The position numbers and the translations under genes were made by a program. The notes beneath the pieces are model-generated. The model worked only from the letters and a program-made list of their open reading frames with translations. It was not told the DNA's origin and ran no database searches. Shown here piece by piece: positions 10,999-23,815 of a stretch of DNA of 64,000 nucleotides. Position 1 is the stretch's first letter; the number at the start of each line of letters is the position of its first letter. The stretch comes from Octopus sinensis (lineage: Eukaryota). The stretch lies in the NCBI RefSeq assembly GCF_006345805.1, contig NC_043005.1, positions 101,556,001 through 101,620,000 on the forward strand, in the 5' to 3' direction.

Positions 10999-12252
10999 AT
11001 ATATATATACATATATATATATATGTTTGTATATATATATATATATATACTTATATATATATATATGTTCGTATATATATATACTCACAAACATATATAT
11101 ATATATATTACACGCACGAACACATGTATATATATATGTATATATATGTATGTATATATATATAATACATGTATACTCACACACACACACATATCTCTGC
11201 CTGATAGATTCGGGCCGACATGAAAGCCTATATGTGATCTCTCGGCCTGCTAGAAATAGAAATAATACACAAATCTCCCTCAAAAATCAACATGATTTAG
11301 GAAATAAGAACATTGGCTTATGTAGTTCTAGAAAGACTATACGTCAAGACAAGATAGTAACAGCTGGAATGCCTTCTCGATCACAAGTCACTTGGTGCTA
11401 AATGATAACCCCAACCTCCATTGATAAGAGAGAAACCTTACAACTGTTCCACCATTTTGAAATTTGTAAACGGATAAAGAAAAACCATAAGAAGTATTGT
11501 TTCGCTTATTATTTCTGGCTTATGATATTGAGAGATGTGATAATACAGAAAAGGCTCTTTTTATTTTGCTTGTTTATATATCAAATATAGCTGCGTATCG
11601 TAAGGGCTACAATAATAACAGTTTTGATCGTGTTTGCACAAGCTGTGTACTGTGTTGTTTCTGGCAAGAATTATGTATTTTGGGAATATTTTATGTGAAT
11701 ATTTTATTTTATTATCGTCAACCATCTAGTTTGGTAAGAACATTTATTCTGGGTCAATGACATTTTACTGTGAACTGTTGTGTTCGAAATATATTCGTGG
11801 TTTAGATATTTTAAAGTTCAGTGTTCTATCAACTCCGTCAACCCTTGGCAATTCACTTTATTCTTTTATCGATTATTGATTTCAAGACATTCATACATGG
11901 TTATAAATTTTAGGTAAGCCGTATAGCTGCTTTAATTGACCTCACTACTTACTTGGTCTATTGATTCCATGAAGTGGTGGTCGGAAATATTTCTACTTAA
12001 AATATCGACAGAAATATAAACGGAAATACTACAAGTGGTGCAGTATGGCAGTATGGTTAAGAAATTTGGTTTAGTGCCACGTGGTTCCAGGTTCGATTCC
12101 AAAGACTGGTACCATATACAAGTGGAGAGTGCATAGAATGATTTATATGTTGAATTATCGTGTGGAATGCAAGACAGAGAGGGTGTTGTGGACAAGTAAA
12201 TTAGGAAAAAATTAAAGTAGAGGCGTAATCAGAGAATTAAAAAGGGAAGTGT

Positions 12253-12295
<43 letters not shown>

Positions 12296-12306
12296 CAGAG
12301 AAAGAA

Positions 12307-12342
<36 letters not shown>

Positions 12343-12345
12343 CAA

Positions 12346-12571
12346 GGCGGCGAGCTGGCAGAAACATTAGCATGCCGGGCGAAGTGCGTAGCTGTATTTC
12401 GCCTGTCGTTACGTTCCGAGTTCAAATTCCGCCCAGGTCGACTTTGGCTTTCATCCTTTCGGGGTCGATAAATAAAGTACCATTTTCGCACTGGGGTCGA
12501 TGTAATCGACTTAATACCTTTGTCTGTCCTTGTTTGTCCACTCTATGATTAGCCCCTAGTGGGCAGTAAAG

Positions 12572-12576
<5 letters not shown>
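12346..12576 (+). mobile_element. SINE family S1, full length
   Basis: ggcggcgagctggcagaa...gagttcaaattcc...gtcgactttggctttcatcctttcggggtcgata...gtaaagaaata. Confidence 0.92.
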
Positions 12577-12602
<26 letters not shown>

Positions 12603-12605
<3 letters not shown>

Positions 12606-12870
12606 AGCGGGAGGTACGAGCGAGGGTGGGTTCGATGAAGGGGGAGGAATAGGGGGTAGCGTGGAACTTCAAGAGGAAACCGCGGGGTGTGACATGATGG
12701 CGGAGGCAACGGCTAAGAAAGGAAAGATGGCTTGAATGGCGAGTTTTCTTAAAAAGCAAGCGGGAAAGTTTTATATCAGGTGCGGAACATTGTGGGGGAA
12801 GAACGCGAGGTAGCGGCTAAGGAGGGATTGAAGATGTTGGACGAACGAGTGCAAGTCAGGCATGATGAGA
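12603..12870 (-). pseudogene. Truncated N-terminal fragment of a Penelope-like ORF
   Basis: KLSRLLFKKTRHSSHLSFLSRCLRHHVTPRGFLLKFH resembles the H..F...C......P.G motif at the start of PLE ORFs (recognised from memory); frameshift near 12770; ends in (TA)n. Confidence 0.6.
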
Positions 12871-13273
12871 AGTGTGGCAAACAGGTAAAGTGGGTGGTGG
12901 CGAAACAGGAAAAAGGAGAGACAAAGGAAAACAACAAAAGAAAGAAAAAGGGTGAAGACAGTTTGAAAACAATAGAAAAAAGTTGAAAAAGTCAGAAAGA
13001 GATTTGAGAGTCAACGGACAGATTAGGTAATGATTTTCAATCACGATAATGGCGGTACTCCGGAAGAAGGTTGCAGGTGGATCCGTGGTCCGGAAGAATG
13101 GTAACAATAATCCGTAGGTGCAAAAATCCGGGGAATTGGTATCCAAGGTACAAGGGTCCGTGTAGGCGCGCAGTGGTATAATTTTAATCCAAACGGGAAA
13201 CCAAAAAAACAACAACACGTGGAACATTACAGTATTATTATTAATAGGCGCTCAGGAAATATGGAAGCAGGAA

Positions 13274-13310
13274 GGTATGACGTTTCGAGCGGAGCTCTCG
13301 TCGGAAACAT
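13274..13310 (-). ncRNA. Minimal HHR-like motif in the left pLTR arm
   Basis: CCGACGA GAGC-UCC-GCUC GAAA CG UC; U4C in the core and a weak stem I. Confidence 0.55.
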
Positions 13311-14933
13311 AAAGAAGGAAGAGAGAGGAAGAAAGATCCAAAGTGGGCAACAAGAGATGGAAAAAAAACGACTGGTGTTTACGAAGTACACATGGTGAAA
13401 GGCGGAAGTTTACGATAACAAGAGCAAGTAGGTTTTTAAAGCCAAAGAAGTGGAGACAGGGTTGGTACGCAACAGATGTGTGTGTATGTGTGAGTGGTGC
13501 GTGTGCATGTGTGTATGTGTGTGTGAGGCGAGATAAAAAACAAAAAATATATGTATATGTTAGTGTGTGCGTCTGTGTGTAGGCGTGTGAGGTAGGGCGA
13601 ACAGTCAGTAGTAGGCAGCAGACAGTGTGTCATATAAAAATGAAGGAAGGAGGAAGGGAGGGAGGGGAAGGGTGGGGGCGTATGTAACGTGCCAGCGTGT
13701 GTTGAGTAGTATGTGTGTGTGTGTCAGTGTCGTGGTTGTATTAATGGCGAGTAGATTTGAAGTGTGTGTAAGAGTAATGTATATTTTAAGCAATGTGTGT
13801 GTGTGAGTGGGTGTATGTATGTGTGCGCGCGTGTGTAACAAAAAAGGGGGGGGTTATAAGGAAAAAGGACTCCAGCTGAGAGGAAGATGGAAGAGTGGTC
13901 CCGCGGAGACGGGCGTGGGAGAACCCAAGGACAGGCGACGGCCCCCACACATACATACACCCATACACATACATGCATCCTACACACACATACATACACA
14001 CTCACACATACATACACACACACACTCACTCACACACCTGTATGTACGCGCACACACATGCACATACACACACTTCCACACACCAACACGTACATACATA
14101 CACACTCATACACATACACACACACACACACACGGACATACATCTATGCACACACATATATACACACATACTCACATACATTCATCGGACACACTGACAC
14201 CCAGACATACACACAGACACACTCACACATCCACACACATACATACTTACGCGCACACTCGCTGGCGCGCGCACACACGCGCTTGCGCCGGTTCGCGCAC
14301 GCATACGCGCATGCATGCACCTCGCTCTTGGACCCGACGAGACCTCCCGCTCGTTCCTGGGGCCGTCGCCTGTCCTTGGGTTCTCCCACGCCCGTCTCCG
14401 CGGGACCACTCTTCCATCTTCCCCTCAGCTGGAGTCCTTTTTCCTTATAAAACCCCCCCTTTTTTGTTACACACACGTGCACACATACATACCCCCCCAC
14501 TCACACACACACATTGCTTAAATATATACATTACTCTTACACACACTTCAAATCTACTCGCCATTAATACACACCCCGACAACACCTGGACCACACACCA
14601 CTACTACTCAAACACCGCTGCACCTTACACGCCCCCACCCACCTCACACGCCTACACCAGACGCACAACACTAACACATACATATATTTTTTGTTTTTTT
14701 ATCTCGCCTCACACACACATACACACACGCACACGCACACACTCACCACACATACACACACATCTGTTGCGTTACAACCCTGTCTCCACTCTTTTGGCTT
14801 TAAAAACCTACTTTGCTCTTGTTATCGTAAACTTCCGCCTTTCACCATGTGTACTTCGTAAACACCAGTCGTTTTTTTTTCTCCATCTCTTGTTGCTCAC
14901 TTTGGGATTTTTCTTTCTCTCTCTTCCTTCTTT

Positions 14934-14970
14934 ATGTTTCCGACGAAGAGCTCCGCTCGAAACGTCATAC
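14934..14970 (+). ncRNA. Minimal HHR-like motif in the right pLTR arm
   Basis: CCGACGA A GAGC-UCC-GCUC GAAA CG UC at 14940-14966. Confidence 0.55.
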
Positions 14971-16168
14971 CTTCCTGCTTCCATATTTCCTGAGCGCCTA
15001 TTAATAATAATACTGTAATTGTTCCACGTGTTGTTGTTTTTTGTTTTCCCGTTTGGATTAAAATTATATATATATAATGAGATGCAGTGTGAGATGCTCC
15101 ATAGTCTAGGGTGCGGGCTGAACGAAACGGAAGGAAGCGAAGGATTAAAGAAAGAAGGTAGAAAGTTCTAGTATCTGGAGCAAAGCAAAAGGAAAAGATG
15201 GCGCGAAAGTAGAAGGAGTAACCTGCATGTAACAGCAGCAACAACACAACAACCGACTGCACCAGAACTACCTCCCTCCTTATTATTATCAGCTGCTACA
15301 CCAACAACACCGACACTGTCACCGCAACCTACGTCACTGTAATCAAAACCCACCGTTACCTATCATCAACGCCGCCACCATCAGCAACAACAATAGCAGC
15401 AACATCGAACATTTATATCTTAGAAAGTTTTCTTTCTCATTCTCTTTTCTCTCTCTCTCTCTCTCTCTCTCTTTCTCACGACCTCTGTATTCTCTATTCC
15501 CTCTCTTTCACAATTGCCCCTCTTTCATTCTCTCCCTGTCAACTTAACACATGACGTAAAAATTTCTGTGATATTATTTCTATCGATTCTTATCGGAAAC
15601 ATGTTGTTTGGAAATATAGAACAAAACATATCATTAAAAGAATAAAACAAAACACACACAAAAAAAGCAACAACAACAAAAACAAAACAAAAAAAAACAA
15701 AAAAAAAAACATAAAATGTGACGTGCAAAGCTGGATAAACAAATTGAGGGCAAAAAATCTGAATCACGAATATGTGATACCAACAAGTCTAGAATGTATT
15801 AAATAGAACTCTTTGTTTATTTGTGTTCGCGCCAGGTTGACTGTAAACCATCTCCTTGTGAAATACTTCACTATCAAAAAATATCGCTCACCTCCCTTTC
15901 GTTTACTTATTTTTTTTGTTTAAATCTTTGTCTTTGGTTTCGTTAGTGAATAGTTAGATATACAAGAGAGTTCATACTCTCAAATAATACATACTTTGTC
16001 AAATGAAAACTGATGTTAGGATTGTATAAAAGACTCTTAAATCAAGAAAGCTAGGAAATATGACGGCGTATATTCCATCGACGTTATTTACTCTATTAAA
16101 AATTCTTTGAATATCTTAAGAGAACACTAACAAAATGTGTGTATGTATGGATCTGTGTGTGTGTATGT

Positions 16169-16225
<57 letters not shown>

Positions 16226-16925
16226 GTGTGTTGTTGTGTGTGTGTGTGTATGTATGCATGCATGTATATATACGTGTATATATCTATATATACTCAGCTT
16301 TCAGATTGAAAATTGCCGTTTTTTATATTGAATCCGGAAGAAGTGATAGATAGCCATCTGGTTAAATATTATAGCTTGTAGGTGGTTATTTAGCAGAGCA
16401 TCCGTGTGATTAGATGTATATACACGCATAATCTGTTTGTATTCCACCAAAGGCGAAATACAGAATATATTAGTATATAAGAAACGCAAACTAAAAATAT
16501 ATATCTATTCATACATACATACATAAATACATGCATACTTTCATTCATGCATATACACATATATATACATATACATGTATGTATATATATATATATTATA
16601 TCTTTATTATGGGCACGATGGCCCTAAATGTATATATATATGTATATATATATAGGCATATCTATATATACACACATACACAAACATACACACTCACACA
16701 CAAACATACACGTGTTTGTGCATTCTTGCTAACAGCGGTTTTGATTGATTGTAAGAGATTCGATAGGTAAGATAAAGCTATTGTCAATATGAAACGGTTT
16801 CAGTTTCGTTGTCAAGGTATGTTATTTGGAACACAGTGAAATGTTGTGGAGCAGAAGCGAACACAGCATTTCTTCAAGAAGTGTAGAATCGTTATATATG
16901 CATTTCTGTGGAAGTACTTATGCAT

Positions 16926-17120
16926 GTGTGACCGCGTATGTAATGTTGGCGATTTTCTTTCTCCGTCTTCCCTTCCTTGGACCTTTTCTATGTTTCCGAT
17001 GAAGTGCTCCGCTCGAAACGTTAAGTCCTCCTTCTTCCTTTCCTTTCCTGAGCGTCCAATAACACTATACTTGTTCCACGTCCTTGCGTTGTTGTGTTTT
17101 CTCTTTGTTCATGTTTAGAT

Positions 17121-17124
<4 letters not shown>
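16926..17124 (+). mobile_element. Family A ~200-bp element with a minimal HHR-like motif (16992-17026)
   Basis: CCGAUGA A GUGC-UCC-GCUC GAAA CG UU; same 5' boundary (tgtgaccgcgt) and 3' end (gattaacta + (TA)n) as the 31.3-kb and 61.0-kb copies. Confidence 0.75.
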
Positions 17125-17180
<56 letters not shown>

Positions 17181-17188
17181 CATACATA

Positions 17189-17246
<58 letters not shown>

Positions 17247-17767
17247 ATATATATATATGCATTTATGTGTGTATGTGTATGTGCGAGTGTGTAAAATTTG
17301 AAATCTGAGAAAACTGTACTTAGTTTTTTGTCAGGAATTTATCCATAAATTGATTGGCTGTGAGTAGTGAAAGAATCTAAATGTTTCGGACATTAGCACT
17401 TCATAGGAGAGAAGATATCAGAAAGTGGTCCGTGTAGGTTGTGAAACAATATATATATATATATATTTTTTCGTGTGTGCGTGTGTGTGTCTGTGCGTAT
17501 GTGTGTGTGTGCGCGCGTGTAATGCATACATCCGAGTCTGCATGGGCGCATGAGAAAGAATCGATGTATCTGTGATTACGATAAACTTGCGGATATACAA
17601 GTGAGTCTGCAGTCAATGTGGGCGTTTAAAGAGTACTGTTACATCACATAACGATCTAGTTAATGCAAGTATTCAATAACAACAAGCTGGAAAGTGATGA
17701 TATTATATTCTCGGTGTAGTGTAGTCTATTATCTGGACGACAATCTACGCAGAATGATCTTTTTTTC

Positions 17768-18130
17768 CATCTAGTTTCAGCTCACGAGCTGTGGCCATGC
17801 TGGGGCACCGCCATTTGGCGTTGCTACATGATTTTAGTTCACGAATACTTTTTAGCAATTGACGTTTGGTGCATGAGAGAGTTTGATGCAGCTGCTCTCA
17901 TCTACACCTCCTGCCACGAAGTTGATTCATCTGGGACACTTGACAGGAAGAGGTTCAGCTTTATTTTGAAGACACCTACATCCACCCCATGCAGGTCTCG
18001 CAGGTCCTTCGGGAGGATATTGAAGAGCTGTGGACCTGCCAAAAGAATCATGTTGTATTGCAGCAACTTATGGCCAAAAGGCTGCAAGCTGTCAGAGCTA
18101 CTTGCTCTAAAAGCTTCTCGTTGCATGTTG
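17768..18130 (-). mobile_element. 3' end of a CR1/L2-group LINE
   Basis: GPQLFNILPKDLRDLHGVDVGVFKIKLNLFLSSVPDE...RAAASNSL, followed by a 3' UTR ending ggcggtgccccagcatggccacagctcgtgagctgaaact and an A run. Confidence 0.75.
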
Positions 18131-19370
18131 CTGAAACATTCACACTATGATGCTTCAACTTCAACTGTATGAGCTGTCTGTATCACCGATATGCCGTGTC
18201 GGCTGCTCTAGTGCTGCGTTTCCATTATGGAAATGCAATGTATATCACCGTCGCCTTCATTGACTGTTAGTGTTGTGTAGTGTTGTGTAGGCTGTTTTAA
18301 TGGCCATAGTATCAGTTATAAATGATCAAGAATGCTATTAATATAGAAGCATATTAATCGATGACTCGCTAAGGAAAATTAATTCGGTCATCGACTAAAT
18401 ACATTTTCCTGAGTTTGCTTCGCTGGCATAACGCAGATGCAGCCGGTTCTGTTCTTGTACAGTTACAATAATACATCAGAATACTAGAACATTTGTTGTT
18501 ATCAGCATCCCGTAAGCAGTCATTGGTCTTCAAATCCATTAAGTAATCTCATTCGTTGGTAAAGATATAAGTTGATTCCTCTTCAAGACTTTCATGTGAC
18601 TATAGTTATTAATGAAGAAAGAGATATAGTGTCCAAGCCATTTGTAGATAATTCTCGTCTAGCAAAATGGATGAGGCTGGCGCTCAGCTCTGAGAATCTG
18701 TGGTTCCATAGAAGCATATTTACGTGGGCGGAGCTGCAGAAGTGGAATGAAGTTGTGTAAAAACTAGTTGATTTAAAATCCTGATTATGAAAACAAGTTA
18801 GAGGCGTTACCATCTCAATTGATCAGTAATTAAGGGTCATACAAACAATAAACTTGCTGTAACTGATCAAGGTTACAAATTCCACCAGATTCTCGGAACA
18901 AACAACATAAGGGTAACTTTGATCTTCATGTAAAATACTGAGACGAGATCAAAAACAAAATGAACCAAGATTCAATGATCGAAATCTAATCAATATTCAT
19001 TGAGAGGTAAATGTTTGGAAAAGGTCATCTTTTTAATATTTCAGTAGATCACGCTTGATGGTGATGTTCCAGCTTTGTCTGGGTTATGATGACAGTAACA
19101 AATTGCAGAACTATAGAATCAACATCCATATCGAATTTCGTACAAGCGGTAACACGATATGACCACCGTTTATTCTTTGAAGTTTCAATACCTAAAATAT
19201 ATATTCTCTTTTCAATAATTACGTGCTCAGAGATAAGAAAACTGCAATCGATATTATTGATACTTTCGTTGTTGTTGCTTACCCACACCTCAATCTCCAT
19301 GCAACTGGTCAATAAACAAATAATACGTTTCACTCATCACCAAATCATCTGTTTTTTTTTATAAATAGAA

Positions 19371-19641
19371 TAGAGATGGGAAACTTTTTGTCAACTGGGG
19401 GCCGCATCGTACCATTGCCAAGTGGGAGAGGTCTGCATGATAAAACACATATGCATGAAATATTACTTGCCCACTTTACTCTGAAGGAGGGAGGGATGAT
19501 GAAATTAGGTGAGAGATGATAAGGTTAATAATTGGAAAATTTGAGAAAGATTTTTCGCTTGTAAAAATTAGTAACCTAGAAACTCACAACAACATGTTAT
19601 GGGCTGAATGCATCCCGCGGGCCGCAGGTTGCCCATGCATG
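19371..19641. mobile_element. hAT-type MITE
   Basis: Imperfect TIRs tagagatgggaaact / ggttgcccatgcatg; subterminal gggccgca motifs; 8-bp TSD aaatagaa (19363-70) / atatagaa (19642-49). Confidence 0.65.
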
Positions 19642-19659
19642 ATATAGAACATCTAGGAT

Positions 19660-21445
19660 TTCCTTATTGACTATATATTTCAGTTTGGAACCGCCCTTCA
19701 TGTATCACAATTGCTCGACGAAGGTCATCAATATTCGGGCACTACAATAAAGTCGATATATATCACGCTCTCTTTAAAGGTGGTAACAAAAGATAAAACA
19801 TATCACGGTAATTTCCAAGTTGATAACATAACACCTCTACCGTCAGTCAGTGCTCTACCCTACTTTCTCTGGAAGAGAGAAAGCCACAAGGCAAGACTGG
19901 GAGGGATTTGGAGACTCTTAGCAATACTATGAGAGTATTTGATAATGACATCAGAATAGAATTTGGTAATTTCAAGTGAAAACTTCCTGTGCTGAAAAAT
20001 GGAAAATATCATGAATGTGACATTGAATCTGCCAAATGAGTAGAAGATACGGATATGGATATAAGATATGGGAGTTTGGGAAACTGATATTGTAAAGGGT
20101 CAAATTATAAACGACAAAAATCAGGAGAGAATATTTGAAGAGGTTATGGAGAATACTAACTTAAGAAAATCAATGCGTAAATACTCTCACTAGCATAAAC
20201 TAAAAGTCGTATACTCGTCATCAGGTACAGAGTCAGAATAATAAAATGGACAAAGATCTTGGGAACGCAGATTGAAAAACAATGAAAACGCTGAGACTCT
20301 ACAGAGCTTTCATCTACGCGTAGATGTTGATAGATTCTTCTCCAACGGAAAGGATGGAAGTAGATGATTAATTGATGTAGAAAATTATGCTGAAGTAGTA
20401 ACAGAGAAGTTGAAAAAGTAAAAAGCAAGAAGCTAAAAGGTGCAGTAAGAAAGGATGATATATTAGCTGAAGGAAAGGGAAAAGTTGAAATACTTGGAGC
20501 TAGAAATGAACGATATCAACATAAATATACAAGAACGGGTAGAGGCGCGTGGCTTAGTGGTTAGGGTGTTGAACTCATGGTCGTAAGATTGTGGTTTCGA
20601 TTCCTGGACCGGGCGATGCGTTGTGTCTGTCCTTGTTTGTCCCCTCTGTGTTTAGCCCCTTGTGGGTAGTAAAGAAATATATCGAGATCCAGCGTCATTT
20701 CGATAGAAAAGAGTTTTATAAAATACAAAGGGCTCGATTCTAGTCGCGCAGGATTAACAAAAAGAACAAGATACATCAAGAACAATATAGATAAGGAAGC
20801 TATTTCGGTTGAATGTGAAATATGTGGTGAAAGAGAGGCGGCGAAGTGTGTGCGTATAGTCTGTGGATGTAAAATACTGGCTCAGACAATCGATAGGAAC
20901 GGGAGATATGACTATGTTGCTACAATCATACGTTGACAAATCTGTAAAAATTATTAGCTTGAACCTGTGTACAAATGGTATGACCATAAAATAGGACGCA
21001 TCTTTAAAAAAAAATGCATGCAAAGGTACTATGGAATGTGAAACTTCAAACAGAGAGGCTAATATAACATCCACGCCCAGATATTGTCGTTCTCAATAAA
21101 GCGCCGCGTGTTGCTTAATCGCTGTTACTTGTCCGTTTAATGCAAGAATGGTAGAAAAAGAACGCGAGAACATTAAAAAAAAATACTAGAACGTAAATAT
21201 AGGAACTTCAAAGAATCTAGAATTGCCATGAAGTTATCATTATCCCAATTGTAATAAGGAGTCGTAGGAACAGATGCAACGTGTTTGAATAGCTGGTTAA
21301 AGAGATGAGTTTCCTGATTGCACTGAAAGCCTGTTTGTTCGGCACAGCAAAGACTACAAGAAAAATGCCAGGCGCAAAAACTGACACGATTATACTTGCT
21401 ATCTTGTAACCCCAAACTGGTTAAACAACATTGTTAGACCAAAAA
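19660..21445 (+). mobile_element. Old, heavily mutated R4/Dong-like element (third subfamily), interrupted by a SINE
   Basis: GNFQVDNITPL (like GIFQGDSLSPL), DLETLSNTMRVFDNDIRIEFG, YKYMGV, CEICGE, KWYDHK, RPDIVV, KACLFGTA; ends in an A run and (TAA/TGA)n at 21458-21660. Confidence 0.8.
20544..20680 (+). mobile_element. Chimeric SINE: S3-type tRNA head joined to S1 tail
   Basis: ggcgcgtggcttagtggttaggg...gtttcgattcc...ttgtgt|ctgtccttgtttgtcccctc...gtaaagaaata. Confidence 0.8.
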
Positions 21446-21573
21446 AAAAGAAAAAAATAATAATGATAATGATGATGTTGATGATGATGTTGATGCTGAT
21501 GATGCTGATGATGATGATGATGATGATGATGGTGATGATGGTGATGATGATGATGTTGTTGATGGTGATGAGG

Positions 21574-21608
<35 letters not shown>

Positions 21609-21679
21609 ATTGATGATGATGATATTGATGAGGATGTTGATGATGATGATGATAACAGCATTAATCATGATAATTCTTT

Positions 21680-21875
21680 CTACGGTTGGAATAAGGCCTG
21701 AATTTTTTTTTTTTTTTTTGTGGAGGCGGGGTCGATTACCTCGGCCCCATTCCTCAAAGAGTACTTGTTTTATCGACTTCGAAACGATGAAAGGCAAAGT
21801 TGACTGCACCGACATTTGAACTCAGAACGTGAAGCCAGAAAGAAATGCTGCAAAGCACCTCGTCCGGCGCGGCCA
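21680..21875 (-). mobile_element. SINE S1-related, partial
   Basis: gatgaaaggcaaagttgac...tttgaactcagaacgt. Confidence 0.75.
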
Positions 21876-22020
21876 TAAAATCAAAAACAACAACAATAAT
21901 AATAATAATCTATAATAATAATAATAATGATGATAACAACAACAATAACAATAATAATAGTAATAATAATAATAATAATAATAACAATAATAATAATAAT
22001 AATAATCTTTCACCTTTTAT

Positions 22021-22238
22021 GTTTTAATTGTTTCAGTCATTAGACTGCGGCCATGCTGGGGCACCACCTTGAATTCTTAGTCGAATAAATCGACCCCAGT
22101 ACTTATTTTTTAAGCCAGGTATTTAATTCTATCGGTCTCTTTTGGCGAACCGTTAGGTAAACACACCAACACCGGTTGTCAAGTGATGATGGTGAAACAA
22201 ACACAGACACGCACACATAGATATACATACATACATGC

Positions 22239-22300
<62 letters not shown>

Positions 22301-22631
22301 GCAAAAACTGTCCGATGAACGGCAACGGGAAACTCAGAGTAACAGGTTTTATTGAATTTTCTGCTGCTTTAAATAAAGCATATTACTCTACCTCTGGTAT
22401 TTGAGTACTCTTTTTTCCACCTTGTTTCACATTTATGTGTTTACTCCGATATATATATATATATATATAAGACGAGTTTCGTTCAGTTTCCATCTGCTAA
22501 ATCCACTCAGAAGGCTTGGTCGGCCCAAGGCTATAGTAGATGACACTTGCCCAAGGTGCCACACAGTGGGACTGAACTCAGAACTACGTGGCTGGGAAGC
22601 AAACTTCTTACCACGCAGCCTCTCCTACGCC
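22021..22631 (-). mobile_element. SINE family S2, interrupted at its internal (TA)n
   Basis: Tail tttcagtcattagactgcggccatgctgggg; head cttggtcggcccaaggctatagtagatgacacttgcccaagg...ttaccacgcagcc. Confidence 0.88.
22301..22448 (+). mobile_element. ~150-bp insert in (TA)n with a degenerate HHR-like motif (22307-22340)
   Basis: ACUGU CCGAUGA A CGG-CAA-CGG GAAA CUC AGAGU; flanked by (TA)n on both sides. Confidence 0.45.
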
Positions 22632-22633
22632 TA

Positions 22634-22680
<47 letters not shown>

Positions 22681-23304
22681 GATGATGATAATAATGATAA
22701 TAATAATAATCTTTCACTCTTTTTCTCTTCATCATCAGAATGATTCTATGGAAAGTCGCCAAATTCGACACAGGCTAAATATACAGAGAACATGTGAAGA
22801 TGTGAACGAGATGAGTCAACAAACGACGTTGATGATGTAGATATGAAAGAGACACAGTTTCGATAGATCAGCTAAATAGATCCGTTTATTGAATGGCTTT
22901 GGAGAGATCAGTGAAATAGATTCACGATGTAACATCTACACAGAAGACACGGCTTTATGTATTGTCGAAGGTCAACAACTCGTAGATATAATATAGATAA
23001 ACAGATTGCGTAGATGTGTGGAGTGAAACATTAGTTGAAGATGCAAAATAGATAAATGCAGAAGTGTGTGTTAAATAGGACAAGAAAATGTGTAAATATT
23101 GACTAGTTACAACATGGAAGTTCTGTCTGTTAAGACACAGACTGCAAATGTCACCATGTTTGATGTGAAGTGTACTGGTCCATTGAATCGCTAAGCGTTA
23201 GCAGATATAATAGATCGACATTTAAGTAATCATTATATAACCAGTTTAAGAGCTGTCGTAGCACACTTATCTCCCCTAGCTACTTAACGCTACTGATACC
23301 TCCT

Positions 23305-23815
23305 TAAGTTATACATACATACATACATACATACGTACATACATACATACATACATACACACATACATACACACACATACATACATACATACATGCATAC
23401 ATACACACACACATACATACACACATACATACATACATACACACATCATACATACATACATACATACATACATGCATACATACATACACACACATACATA
23501 CACACACATACATACATATATACATACATACATACATACATAAATACGTACATACATACATACATAACATACATACAAACACACAAATATACAAACATAC
23601 ATACATATATACATAACATACGTACATACATATATACACACATACATACACACATACAAACAAACATACTTACATACATACATAACATACATACATGCAT
23701 ATATACACACATACATACATACATACAAACATACGTACATACATACATAAATAAATACATACATACATACATACAAACATACATGCATGCATACATACAC
23801 GCATATATACATGAG
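23305..23815. repeat. (TACA)n-rich microsatellite, ~500 bp
   Basis: Direct reading. Confidence 0.95.

Larger units (their letters stand above)
12603..15068 (-). mobile_element. Penelope-like element relic: ORF N-terminus, pLTR (13177-13945, minus) and inverted pLTR copy (14359-15068, plus)
   Basis: ~710-770-bp inverted arms around a CA-rich spacer; each arm carries a minimal HHR-like motif; the minus arm continues into a 5' UTR and a PLE-like N-terminal ORF piece; both outer ends abut (TA)n. Confidence 0.75.
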
